Assembly: GCF_009914755.1 (NCBI RefSeq)
Contig: NC_060931.1
Direction: 5' to 3' (one strand)
Source of the DNA: the human T2T-CHM13v2.0 reference genome, Homo sapiens
DNA length: 64,000 nt
In this document: piece by piece, positions 14,669-28,326 of the stretch
How positions within the stretch are numbered: position 1 is the stretch's first letter
Layout: each line of letters starts with the position of its first letter
Notes under the pieces: model-generated
What the model saw: only the letters and a program-made list of their open reading frames with translations
Database searches by the model: none
What the model was told of the DNA's origin: nothing
Program-made: the position numbers and the translations under genes

Positions 14669-16249
14669 TCACTGATTAGTATTGATAAAAAAGTATTCAA
14701 TAACAGAGAATCAAATAATGACACTAGAAAATAATCTACAAATTGGTGTTTGCTCCAGGATGGTAAGGGTATTTCAATATTAGTAAACTTACTCTTAAAA
14801 TCCATTATATTAGTCAATGGGTTTGGCCTGAGCACTGGGAAAGGGATGGGTAGGAAATACTGTCTCAGAAAGGCATTGAGAGAGAACACATCCTAATCCT
14901 ATCTGGAAATTTACACTCCCCTTCAGCCATTCACGTCTCTTAACAATAGTCTCCAGCTTTACTGAACTCTTTGCAAACTCCAAAAATACCGTATTCTCTT
15001 AGATATTGCATAGGCTGGTCCCCCAGCCTAGGTCTACCAGGAAATTATTTGTTTTCCTACAAATCTTACTTAAACCCACACTACCTCTGTGAAGTCCTTT
15101 CTTCCCACGGAGATATGGAGGTTTCTTTCCCTATGTGCTTACAACAATTTAAAGTCTGTTACTATATTATGGCTTTTTGGTCATGTCTGACTCCTTCTAG
15201 GCAAGTATGGTCTTTGAAAGATGGGACTGTAAATCTGTTTACCTCTGTAACTGCAGTAGTAGGACTAGGAATGATATATAGAATACAGAATCATAAGCCC
15301 CCATGGAAGAAGAGACCTTCTTTTTGTTGTTCATGCTTGTATCCCAGAGTCTAGTACTATGGTGCACATAGATGTATATTTGTTCAATAATATGAAAGAC
15401 TCAAATATGCCTTTGTGGAATTGACCCTGCACTTATGCCTCACCATCTCCTACTTACCCCGGAATTATTTATTAACTATCTCATGTCTTAGGTCTCATCT
15501 CCCTTCCCTAGTTAAGAGTGGGCCCTGTTGCTAAGCAGGTCAAAATAGGAGGCTGATGAAGAAAATCTCTGTGGAAAATGCTGAAGAGGAACACAGGAAT
15601 AAAAATACCTTTACTCTGATGATGCCTTATATAAGGACAGATGCAGTTGGTTTAAACTTCTACATTGGCTCATTTCTATGAATGCCACACCTCTCAATTT
15701 CAGGGACTTCCCGTGAGGGGCTTCACAACAATCTCTGGGCTCAGTGGGGAGCTACTCCCTTGGTGAATCTCCTCACTGCCACTCAATGAGCCATCAGGGT
15801 GGGCCGTCACCTCTGCTAAGCCACAGAGGTACACCACATCCTGCTCCTGAGAGGAAGGGAAAGACAGAGGATCATAGGAAGTAAACCCCTTGAGGAAATT
15901 TCAATGTGGAATTTATTCTGTTTCTTGAGTAGCATATATATTTTCCCCATCTCAGACCCTAACCTCAAGTGAACTTACTCCCAGACTCACACACATAAAT
16001 ATACGCACCAGCACCATCCCAGCAAGGAGGCAGCTGCAACAAAAAGAAGCAGGTGGGAGAGTATTATATTACATATTTAACTACAGGATCACTCCAAGAA
16101 TTACATCCCCTAAAATTATTCCCTCCATTGGAAGCAGACTAGTAGCCAATAGGAAGAGAAATTGCTAAAACAAAAATGTGTTCAGTTGGATGAAGTATTT
16201 ATTTAAAACAGAAATGTATTTATGAAGACATAATTCTTCAGAATTATAT

Positions 16250-17492
<1,243 letters not shown>

Positions 17493-17959
17493 TATCATCA
17501 TTCTTCTAAGAAGATACCAATGAAGTTTCAAGGATGATTCAGCATGATAATGAACTGTTTGTAATCATTCAAGATATACTAAATGCTGAAGGAAGTCAGT
17601 TAGAAATAAGAAGTAGGACAACCAAAGGATAGAACCTAGAAGAAGACAAAGAAAGGATTTTACAGAAGCTGCTCATGAAAAGAGATCCACCAATTCTGAG
17701 ATAAAAGAACTGGGTTTGAGTAAGCCACTTGTTATAAGCATGCTCAAGGTTTTCAGAAAAAAATAAACAGAGCTAGTCAATGATACCTGGTAATAAAAGA
17801 TATTTTGAATTTCAGGCCATTGAGGGTAGCATGCTAAGTGTGGTTTTAGTTTTGGGAATTAGAGTAAAATGAAAATAATTTCTGAAGAAGTCTCCAGCCA
17901 AACTTTAAAAAGAAAAAAATGCAAGGTATAGAATATTTGAAAAATTTATTATTAATAGT

Positions 17960-18420
17960 TGAAAGTACATATTTTAGAACTGGACTGATCTGGTCACCGT
18001 CTAGTTTTGCCATGTTACTTAACCTCTCTAAAGGTAGTTTCCTAGCCTATAAAATGGAAATAGTCATACCTGGCTCTGAGAGGTTTTATTTAGTTGAGAA
18101 AATGTATGTAAATTGCCTGACACAATCCCTAGCCAAGAATAAGACTCAATAATAACTAATGGCGGTAGCAGTAAGAGTGCTACTACTAGCTGACCATTCT
18201 GAAAGTTGAGCCTGAGTGAGTGATAACTATACACTGTGCAGTTGTAACTTCTTAACACATTAATTCATGTAATCTTCACAGCAAATCCACAAGGTTCATA
18301 CTTTTATTAGTACAACTTACAGAGAGTAAAACTGAAGCATTCACAGTTAACTTACTTGCGTAAAATGAGCTTAAGTAGCAGAACCCATATTTAAACTTAG
18401 GCACTCTCTCTCCAGAGCTT
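17960..18420. mobile_element. MIR fragments
   Basis: gttacttaacctctct...ctataaaatggaaatagt and gagagtaaaactgaagcatt MIR core motifs. Confidence 0.6.
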
Positions 18421-19883
18421 TCTTTGTTAGCCACTAACCTTGTGGTAGTGCAATCAAGTAAATGGGTTTGTTGTCTGATATGCTCAGAAGCCAATAAGCA
18501 TGGCACCAGCTTTTGAGAAAAGAAAAGGTTTTACTGCAAAACTGGTCAGCAAGGAGAAATAAGCCGGCTCAAATCTGTCTTCCTGATTCGGGGTCTTGGA
18601 CAAGTTTTAAGGGACTGAGAGCAAGGATTTAGTGATACTGGGTTGACAGGGTCTGATTGGAGGGTTTCAGATTTAACCATTTATGGTAAAGTAGGTTGAG
18701 GCAGATTTGAGCCCGGATCTTTCCAGCCAATGAACCCCTTGCTTCTGAAAGAGTTTCAGCATCCAGATTCCAAGCATCTTCCTGTCTTCTTGGTTCCGAA
18801 GGGAGGAATCGTTCGTTCCAGGTGTTATTTGAGGTCAAAGCTTTTGGCTCTGTCGTACCTACAAGCTAACTCATATTTTGTTATCCACATAACAGACCCA
18901 GTTTGGGCTGATCCTGCAGTTACAAATCCCTCCCTTTTTGTTTACTTTAGTTCTCAATCTTGAAGAAATAGAGTGTCTACCACTCTAGCTACTTTTTGTT
19001 GACAAGGGACATAGGTCTGGGTTTGAGGAATGAAATTGTTTCATAAATAATTGCAAATATTCATAGGTCCTGAGTTGAGGTCAAACAGGTGGGTCAGGGA
19101 ATTCGATATTTAATAACTATTTCATGAGCAGGGGGAATTGATTTAACAATCAATTTAAAAAATAGACAGCAGGTAGAGACCTTGAGAGAAGGAAGAGAAA
19201 TCTTAACACATACAGAAATATAATTTTGAGTTTAAGTAGACCCTCAAAAAATAGATCTTATTCCTAATGAAAACACGCTGTTTACATATTATATCCAGGT
19301 TTTTTAGAGAACACTAGATGGCGTCGAGTGGCTTTTGGTCTATTATTTGGGTGGGTCTCAACTTTTTTAGAAGTATTAATGTAAACACAGCATGACATAT
19401 TAAAGCATAAACACCTCTTTGTTTAGCCAGTATATAATCTAGAGTAATTTTATTATCTATTATTACTTTAGCCAAAGCACCTGGCTCTCTCTATTGAGCC
19501 ACCATGGCCATTGTGGTCTCCTTGGCAAGCTTTTTCAGGGCAATGGAAAGGTTTTTAATCATATGTTTATAAGAAGCAACTCCCCACCATGGCAACAGAG
19601 TTTGTCTAAAGAAATATCCTACACCATCTGGTGGGCCACCTGGTAAATATTTAACTGGGAGGAGGTTTAGCATAGATCTTTTGGCCAAGGTGAACAGTTT
19701 TATGGTGTTAGTCTAATGCCCAGCATCACTAATGCCACAGACAGAGAAAGGAGTGACTAAGTACCCTAGTAAACAGATGTCTTTGGGGCATCAGCTGTCA
19801 AGGCATTCATAGTCCGAGGGCTGGTCGTTTGTTTCATAGACAAAGACATATCCTGAGGAGGCGCATAGAATACCAGATATGTT

Positions 19884-20282
<399 letters not shown>

Positions 20283-20806
20283 CTAGAAGGAGTTATCTAA
20301 CTTACAAATTGGTAGGGAAGAGGGCAGTCCTTGAAGGCATACTAGGTTCTTTTTATTTAACTCTTGATGTAATCATGTAGATCTACAGTTTGAGGACACA
20401 TCAGTGTATATCTCCTGGACCAGAGGATAGAAAACAGGAAGTGGAAAATAGGTGTGTTAAGTAAAGAGATGATTTTCGTTTCTGCGTTAGCCAGTGTCTG
20501 GCTTCTGTGGGCATGGGCCCCTTTATCCTCAGTTTTAAAGCTGTTAACATAAGTGTCTTTGCAGGGGATGTTAATGGAAAACAGGGAACTAATGATCCTC
20601 CCCCAGCAAATCTGACCCTACAGGTTATACCTGTGGGTTTTTTATCATAGGTCACCAGAATATTAGGCACTTTAGAGAAGTTGGTCACAGAGATAAGCAG
20701 CAGATCAGTGTGATCAAGTGCAGAGGAGGGTTTTTGATGACATCTCTAACATTTAGATAGATTTTGTGAGGTAGGTAGGGATTGGGACATTTTTATCAAG
20801 AAATTA

Positions 20807-21076
<270 letters not shown>

Positions 21077-24000
21077 TTATCCTTTTATGTTGAGGTAAGG
21101 CAAGCAAAAGGATATAATAGAGGAAAATTGTGGGCATTTTTAACAGAGGAAATCATTTTGTTTCCCTGAGAGGAGATATTTGGCTGATAGAAAAAAAAGC
21201 ATCAGAAAAAAATAAACTCTACCCAAGGAAGGGCTATAAGGTCCCAAATAATATTTTTGAGGTTAAATCAAGGAGGTAGAGATGATTAATTCAATAGCAT
21301 AGAATAGTATATATGACAACAAGGCAAAAATTAAGTTGCATTAATACAGGCCTCGCCCAATATCTTGGGCAAGCTGTCTCCTTTAATTGTCTCCTGTTTC
21401 TGCCCTCACAGTTCCATCAGATGGAGGCTGGTTTTAGAGACAGAAATGGATTTCCACTTATCTGGAGAGCTAGGAGCCCTTTGGCCTTATTGGGTTTTTT
21501 AAAAAGTAACTTAAAAAAAGATTAGGGGCTTCCAAGTGAGTTCCTGGGTGGAAAAGCTGGTTGTGGGCCTCCACAGCCATCTGGTAGACGGTCAGTCTGG
21601 TCCTTTGGCTTTTCTTATCTGTGAAGGGCATGACCTGTTTGGGAATTTTACAGGGGCCAAGAGGAATCTTCTGAAAATGGGAATAACTTTTACCCATGAA
21701 TGATGAATTTAGGGCCTCAACACTTTTAACTTTATTGCTGAATGGATCACTAAAGGAACTTCATAAGGACCTAATCTGTTTGAACTGTAGTTGGTCTTCA
21801 GGGTAGCGGTTTTTCTAGGTCTTAAGTTGTACTTAGTTTCCTAGACTTAGACAATGTAAAGGAACATCTATAGGAAACATTAAAACAGCTAGAAGCGTAA
21901 TTATGTATAGCAGAAAAAGTTATACCCAGAGACTGTACACATTTTATAGCATCTAATGCATTTACCCATCATGATCATTTTCAATATTAAAACAGTATTT
22001 AGTCTTAAGAAGGGTTGTCCCACATAGAATTTTGTAGGGGCTAAACTGGTGCTTACTTTTAGGGGTCATTCTTACTCTAAGCAGGGCAAGTGGCAAGATC
22101 TTATCCTATGTTAAATTGGGTTTTTGACACATTTTGGCAAGTACTTTTTTTAAGATATTGTTTATCTTTTCAGTCTTTCTAATAGACTGGAGCCTCTAAG
22201 AGGTGCTTAATTTCCACTGTATCCTAAGAGCTCCATAAATGTCTTAGGTAAGTCTGATATCTCTGTTGTCACTTTGAATTGAAAATGACAATCCAAAGGA
22301 ATTATGTCTTTTAATAAAGCTTGAGTTACCTCAGATGCATTTTTTGTTTGACATGGAAAGACCTTGACCCATCTAGTGAAGGTGTCTATAAGTACCGACA
22401 GGTATTTATAGTTTCCTCCAGCTCCTGGCATAACTACAAAGTCTATTTGACAATCTTGTCTTGTTTCTGTTCCTCAGGTTTAGACCCCTTTGCCTGCTGG
22501 AGGTGGTTCTGTCTTTGGATTCTCTGTAGCACAAATAAGACAATTTTGGGCAGCCTTCTGGATAGTCTTTTGTACGTGCAGCCTGACAACAAACTTTGGT
22601 AACTAATGATAGGTTGTGTTTCTTCTATAATGAGTTCTTTGATGTAACTGGGAAATAATCCTTTATCCAGTGCTCAGGGACAAGAACTATTCCTTGCTCA
22701 TTGTAAACCTAGGCTTCTTGTTTTACACTGTTCCCTATCCAAATCTTGAGTATAAGTATGAAATCCCTACTGGTTTGCTCTTTCTAGATTTACCTTTGAG
22801 TACTGGGTTTAAATAAGGACAGATTCATACTTGGAATAAGTACCAGAGCCTTTGTTTTAGGCTCTCTTGTCCTGGCTGTATGTTTTTCTGCCTGATTGGC
22901 TAGATTATTGCATTTAGTTATCTAGCTATCAGTCTCTTGGTGTCCTGGGCCGTGCATTATGGCCATTTTTTTTGACATCAAAATTGAGTCTAATAAGTCT
23001 AATATCTCTCTTGTGTGTTTAATTTTATTTTTTATGAGATTAATGAGTCTGTCTTTTATATGGTCCCATTTGCGTGCACTACCAAAAAGACGTATTTGGA
23101 GTCTATATAAATGGTTACCTTTTCATTTGTCCTGAGGTGTGAAGCTTGTGTGACGGCAATAAGTTCTGCCTTTTGGGCAGAGAGAACTGATGGGAAAGCC
23201 TCAGCTTTTAACATTCTCTGGTAAGTCACTACTGCATATCTGGCTTTTCAGAGACCCTGATCCATGAAGCTGTTCACACTGGTAAACATTCCCAGGCCTG
23301 GGTATTTCAAAAACTGATTTGTCAAGCCAGACCTGTTTTTGTAGATCCTCTTTAGGGATTTCAGGCAATGGTCCTTCTTCTACCTGTAATAAGGCAACTT
23401 GGAGGGTGCAGTCTTGTTTAGGAGACACCTTAATATTTACTCATTCTGGTGAAAAATTACTGTGCATTTAATTTTGTTAGCAAGTCTTATCCCAACAAAG
23501 GTATTGAACATTCAGGCATATATAGGAAGCTATGTTTAAATAGGTTTAATAGGCTTTTCCTCTATGGCATTTGAGTGGCTGAAAGAAAGGTTTGCAAGGA
23601 TGTTTCCCCAGATGCACCAGTAATAGCAGTGTTCTTTGGGAAGACAGGGACTTGTGTTGTGTTTGGGATAGAGTATGTAGCTCCATGGTCAACTAGAAAA
23701 TCTATGCATCACTTTTGCACACCAATTGTCATCTGCACTTCTTGGTGGGAAATGTTTACAGAGCTAATAGAGTGTATAGAAGTCCCTGGGTCTCATCATT
23801 ACTGGTTGCTATGAGTAAGCTGTGGCATGTGGTATGTTGATTTGTGGGGAGTTTTATCTTAAAAGACTATAGACAAGTATGTTATTAAAGTTTCCCATTT
23901 TGTATAGAGTTTTACCTGAAATGACTGGAATAAGATCCTGTAAAAAGGAGGTGTTCTGGTTCTGTGGTATTGTGATTATGGGGATTCCTCTTCAGAGAAT

Positions 24001-25391
24001 CACCAATGGGCTAGATATTCCCTCTTATGTGTCTCAGAGGGTCCTAAACACCAGATGGTATTGGGCCGCTTGAGATGTTGGGGTTACCAAGGCCCCTTGT
24101 ATGCTCCTCCTGGATGAGCTATTGAAGTTCTAACCCAGGAATGGGGTATGTTTTTCTGGTGGGGTTGCCTATAAAATCACTTTACATCATAAGCCAATTG
24201 CCTCAACACCTCTGCCAGACTCTTAGTCACTTAGGAATACCCTAAAAGGGCAGGAGAAAGCAATGTATTTCATCTTTGGAATCCAAGGACTTTCATTTAA
24301 ATAAACTTCTAATGAGGTTCTTGTCACAACCATCAAAAATTTTAACCTCTGTTAGGATGAATAATTATGCAAACCAAAAACTCAGAAACACAAAGGAAAA
24401 CCAAAACCAAGCCGAATTGAATACTCAAAAAGTTACAGCACCTTACTATTGTACTTATTTTTTTGGATGCTAACCCAAAGCCAGGACTGAAATAATCTAA
24501 CCAGGACCTCCCTAGGGTAGGATTCAAACCGATGAAGCTGCACAAAAATAGGACTCTAATCTACAGTCCTAGACCAAAGACAATTTAAGGTGTAAGCACA
24601 TATTAACAAGGTATTGACTCCAAAAGACATCTTATCCAGAAGAATTTCTTTCCTCAAAAGAGAAAGTAGCACTCAAAGGGCCTGAAATGTCATGACAGAG
24701 AATAAGGACCTCACAGCTAAGCCTCTGGATAAACTGGTCTAAGTAGCACCACTCAGGGTCAGTGAAGAAACTTTAATTCCCACTGAGGGGCTACAGTGCC
24801 TTGGCAGGTGTTGGCCTCACATTGGGCACCTATATTTGTTATCAAACAAATGGGTTTGCACACAGAAGCCAATAACTATGGCACCAGCTTTTGAGAAAAG
24901 AAAAGGCTTTATTGAAACACCAGTCAGCAAAAAGAAAGGAGTGGGTTCAAATCTGTTTCCATGATTTGGGGTCTAGGGCAGGTTTTAAGGGATCAGAGAG
25001 CAAGGGAAAGGATTTAGGAATGTTGATATGGTAGGGTCTGATTAGAAGGCTTCAAATATGACTATCTATGGTAAGATATGTTAAGAAACATTTTAGCCCG
25101 GGATCTTCTGGGCCAGTGGACCGCTCACTACTGAAAGAGGTCTGGCTTTCAGGTTCCAGTCATGTCTTGGTCTTCCTGTTTCTAAGGGGAGGAATCTTCG
25201 GTTCTGGGTATTGTTAGAGGTCAAAGCTTTTACTACTGCACATGCCTGGGCTACATGATTTGCAGTTATGTAGCTGTTGGCAGTGTGGGAGATGAGTGTT
25301 GTTTCTCTGGCCAGGAAATAAATGAAAAGTGCTGGTTATCAGGGACTAAATTCATCACAGCACCAAGCAACATCCTGCTTTTGGTGCTGCC

Positions 25392-25915
25392 ATGAGCAAC
25401 AGGCTTCTCTGCTGTGTGATCATTTGTCTCCTAAGAGCAGGTGAGTCCTGGGCACAGGTAAGGAATCCCTATTACTGAATTCACAGGATCTAACTATAAA
25501 ATGTTTCTTCATAAAACTCACATTAGTCTCCTCTTTCCCAGGCCCTGTCTCTATTTGATCATCCATTTTTCCCCCCAACAGGCCTCAAGGATGCTGTAGT
25601 TACACAATTCCCAAGACACAGAATCATTGGGACAGGAAAGGAATTCATTCTACAGTGTTCCCAGAATATGAATCATGTTACAATGTACTGGTATCGACAG
25701 GACCCAGGACTTGGACTGAAGCTGGTCTATTATTCACCTGGCACTGGGAGCACTGAAAAAGGAGATATCTCTGAGGGGTATCATGTTTCTTGAAATACTA
25801 TAGCATCTTTTCCCCTGACCCTGAAGTCTGCCAGCACCAACCAGACATCTGTGTATCTCTATGCCAGCAGTTCATCCATAGCACTGCATAGCCATATCCT
25901 CTCCACACAAAAAAA
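25392..25915 (+). pseudogene. TRBV26: TRBV26 pseudogene (leader 25392-25440, V exon 25582-25876, defective RSS)
   Basis: MSNRLLCCVIICLLRAG / DAVVTQFPRHRIIGTGKEFILQCSQNMNHVTMYWYRQDPG; in-frame TGA 25791-25793; second Cys replaced by Tyr (TAT 25860); heptamer CATAGCA, 23 nt, ACAAAAAAA. Confidence 0.93.
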
Positions 25916-25985
25916 GGTGCATACCAAAGAGGAAAAGCCTGCCCTCAAAATTCCTCACCCCGAATAAGAGAAGTTTCCTCACAAG

Positions 25986-26820
25986 TATTGACAAAAAGAG
26001 CCAAACTCTGTAAAATATTTGAAGAGATTTATTCTGAGCCAAACATGAGTGAGTGTGGCCAGAGGCAGAGGCTCAAGAGGGCGTAAGAACATGTGTCCAA
26101 GGTGCTCAGGCTACAGCTTGGTTTTTTGGAGACATCAGACATCAGTCAATACATGTAAGCTGTACATTGTTTCAATTTGGAAAGGTGGGACAACTCAAAG
26201 AGGGGGCTTCCAGGTCATAGGTGGATTCAGAGATTTTTCAGGCTGGCAGTTGGTTGAAAGAGTTAAGTTATCATCTAAAGATTTGAAATCAATATAAAGG
26301 AGTGTCTGAGTTGTGGGGACAAAGGTTCTTATTATGCAGATGAAGCCTCCAGGGAGCAGGCTTCAGAGAGAAGAGATTGTGTTTCTTAATCAGACTTTTA
26401 AAAGGTGCCAGACTCATAATTCTCTCCTGGATCAGGGGAAAAAACCTGAAAAGGAAAGAATTATCTACAGAATGCAGATTTTCCTCATGATAGACAGCTT
26501 TGTAGGGCCATTTAAAAATATGTCAAAAAATATACTTTGGGGTAAAATATTTTGATTTTTTTCAGGGCCTGCTGTGAGTCATGTTGGTGTCTTATTGCTA
26601 CAAAAGGTCTGTTTTGTCACTTGTAAGGTCTCCATTCTAATGTTAATGCTGGTTGGTTGTGCCTGAATTCTAAAGTGAAGAGGGTATAATGAGGCATGTC
26701 TGACCCCACTTCCCACTAAGACCTGAACTGGTTTTTCAGGTTAACTTTGGAATGCTCTTGGCCAAGAGAAGGGGTCCACACAGTTGGTTGTGGGGCTTGG
26801 GATTTTATTTTTGGTTTACA
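25986..26820 (-). mobile_element. MER4-family ERV1 solo LTR
   Basis: tattgacaaaaagagccaaactctgtaaaatatttgaagag ... attttatttttggtttaca; TSD CAAG. Confidence 0.85.
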
Positions 26821-26974
26821 CAAGATTATACCAAAGCCCTTCCCTAAATTTGATATGCCCTGCTTCCCTCTTTCCATTTTTGTCCTTCTAGGACATCTTT
26901 TTGGTTGTTATTAAACCCTTAGTTTCTTGTCAATATCCCACTAGACTACAGGGCATCAACATGATATGAACACT

Positions 26975-27315
26975 TATCTTGGTTTATTTGTGATACTATA
27001 GCAAAATGACTGAGATTGGATAATTTGTAAACATAAATTTGTCACAATTCTGTAGGCTCGGAAGCCCAAGAACAAAGCACCTCAGTTCAATGTCTGGTGA
27101 GGGCCTTGGTCTCTGCTTCCAAGACGGCACCTTGAGTACTATGTCATCACACGAGAAAAGTGCCTAAGCTAGTTCCCCAGCCCTTTTATGAGTCACTAAT
27201 TCATTCATGAGAGCAGAACCCTCATGACCTAATCACTTCTCACCTCTTAATACTGCCACAATGGGGATTACATTTCAAAATGAATTTTAGAAGAAACACA
27301 TTCAAACCACAGCAC
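26975..27315 (-). mobile_element. MST-type MaLR LTR
   Basis: aagcccaagaacaaagcac...ccctcatgacctaatcac...ttcaaaccacagca. Confidence 0.7.
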
Positions 27316-27779
27316 ATTTCTAGACAAACTTTCAGACACAGATATAGGGAAATTTTAATGAAATTGAATTTTACCAAGTAAAGACAAATAACCCAGATTT
27401 GCAAATACCCTTCAAAGATTCTTCAAAGCGATCTCAATGGTTAATCGTGTTGTTTAGGAAAATAAGAACAGTGGCAGCAAGACCTCCTCAGTGGTACAAT
27501 GGCCTCAGCAGCAGTAAAAGAGGGTAGTAAACATTATGCAGACTTTGTGTGGGCTCAGGATCACCCACAGAGAAGAAGGTTATTTGCATGTATGTGTGTA
27601 ACTGTGTGTGTTTAAGAGAAATGAACTATGTTTATTTACAGGGATTATTGAGGAGCAGAACCTCAGTTGGGTAGATGCAGGTATAACTTTTAAGATCAAT
27701 ATCCATGTCTTTGAATAGATAGGCTAGAGATACAGATTTACTGAGTAGTTCCCCAAAGATGCATGTTGGGTGATAACCA

Positions 27780-28326
27780 CCTATACTAGTTTTCCAATTA
27801 CTGCAAATTCAGCAGGTTAAAGTAACAATTGTCTTATCTCATAGTCCTGTATGTCTGAAGTCCAAGAAAAGTGGCTGGATTTTTCTCAGGGTCTCATAAG
27901 GCGGAAATCAAGGGGTCAGCTGTCTGCATTCTCATCAGGAGACTGGCTCCTCCTCCCAGATGATTCCTAGTATTGGTAGAATTTGGTTCCTTGTGACAGC
28001 AGGTCTAGGGTCTTCATTTTTTATTGGCTGTCACAGACAGCCAATGAGATTGGTCATTAGCTCCTTGCAGTTTCTTTCTGGTCCTCTTGATCTTCAAATG
28101 CACATCAAATCTGTCTCATGTTTAAAATCCCTCTGATACCCACTTCTGCTTCAAGACAGAAAACTCTGCATTTAAAGGGCTCTGGTGATTAGATTAGGCC
28201 AACCTGAATAGTATTTATTTTGTCAAATAATGTAACATAATCGCTGGGGTGACATCTCATTTTTAGGTTCCACTCATGCTCAAAGTGAAGGACATTATAC
28301 ATGGGCATGAGTCATTGGAGGTCATT
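27780..28326 (-). mobile_element. MLT1-type MaLR LTR
   Basis: ctcataaggcggaaatcaaggggtcagc; gattagattaggcc; ends ttctgcctatcata. Confidence 0.6.

Noticed and set aside
15760-15846. GCGVP chymotrypsinogen-like propeptide in an alternative frame of the antisense exon
   Set aside because: Only five residues match, a stop follows, and there is no convincing IVGG or catalytic motif
19375-19690. Env TM region as a domesticated envelope gene
   Set aside because: In-frame stop, frameshift near the CX6CC motif and two Alu insertions in SU
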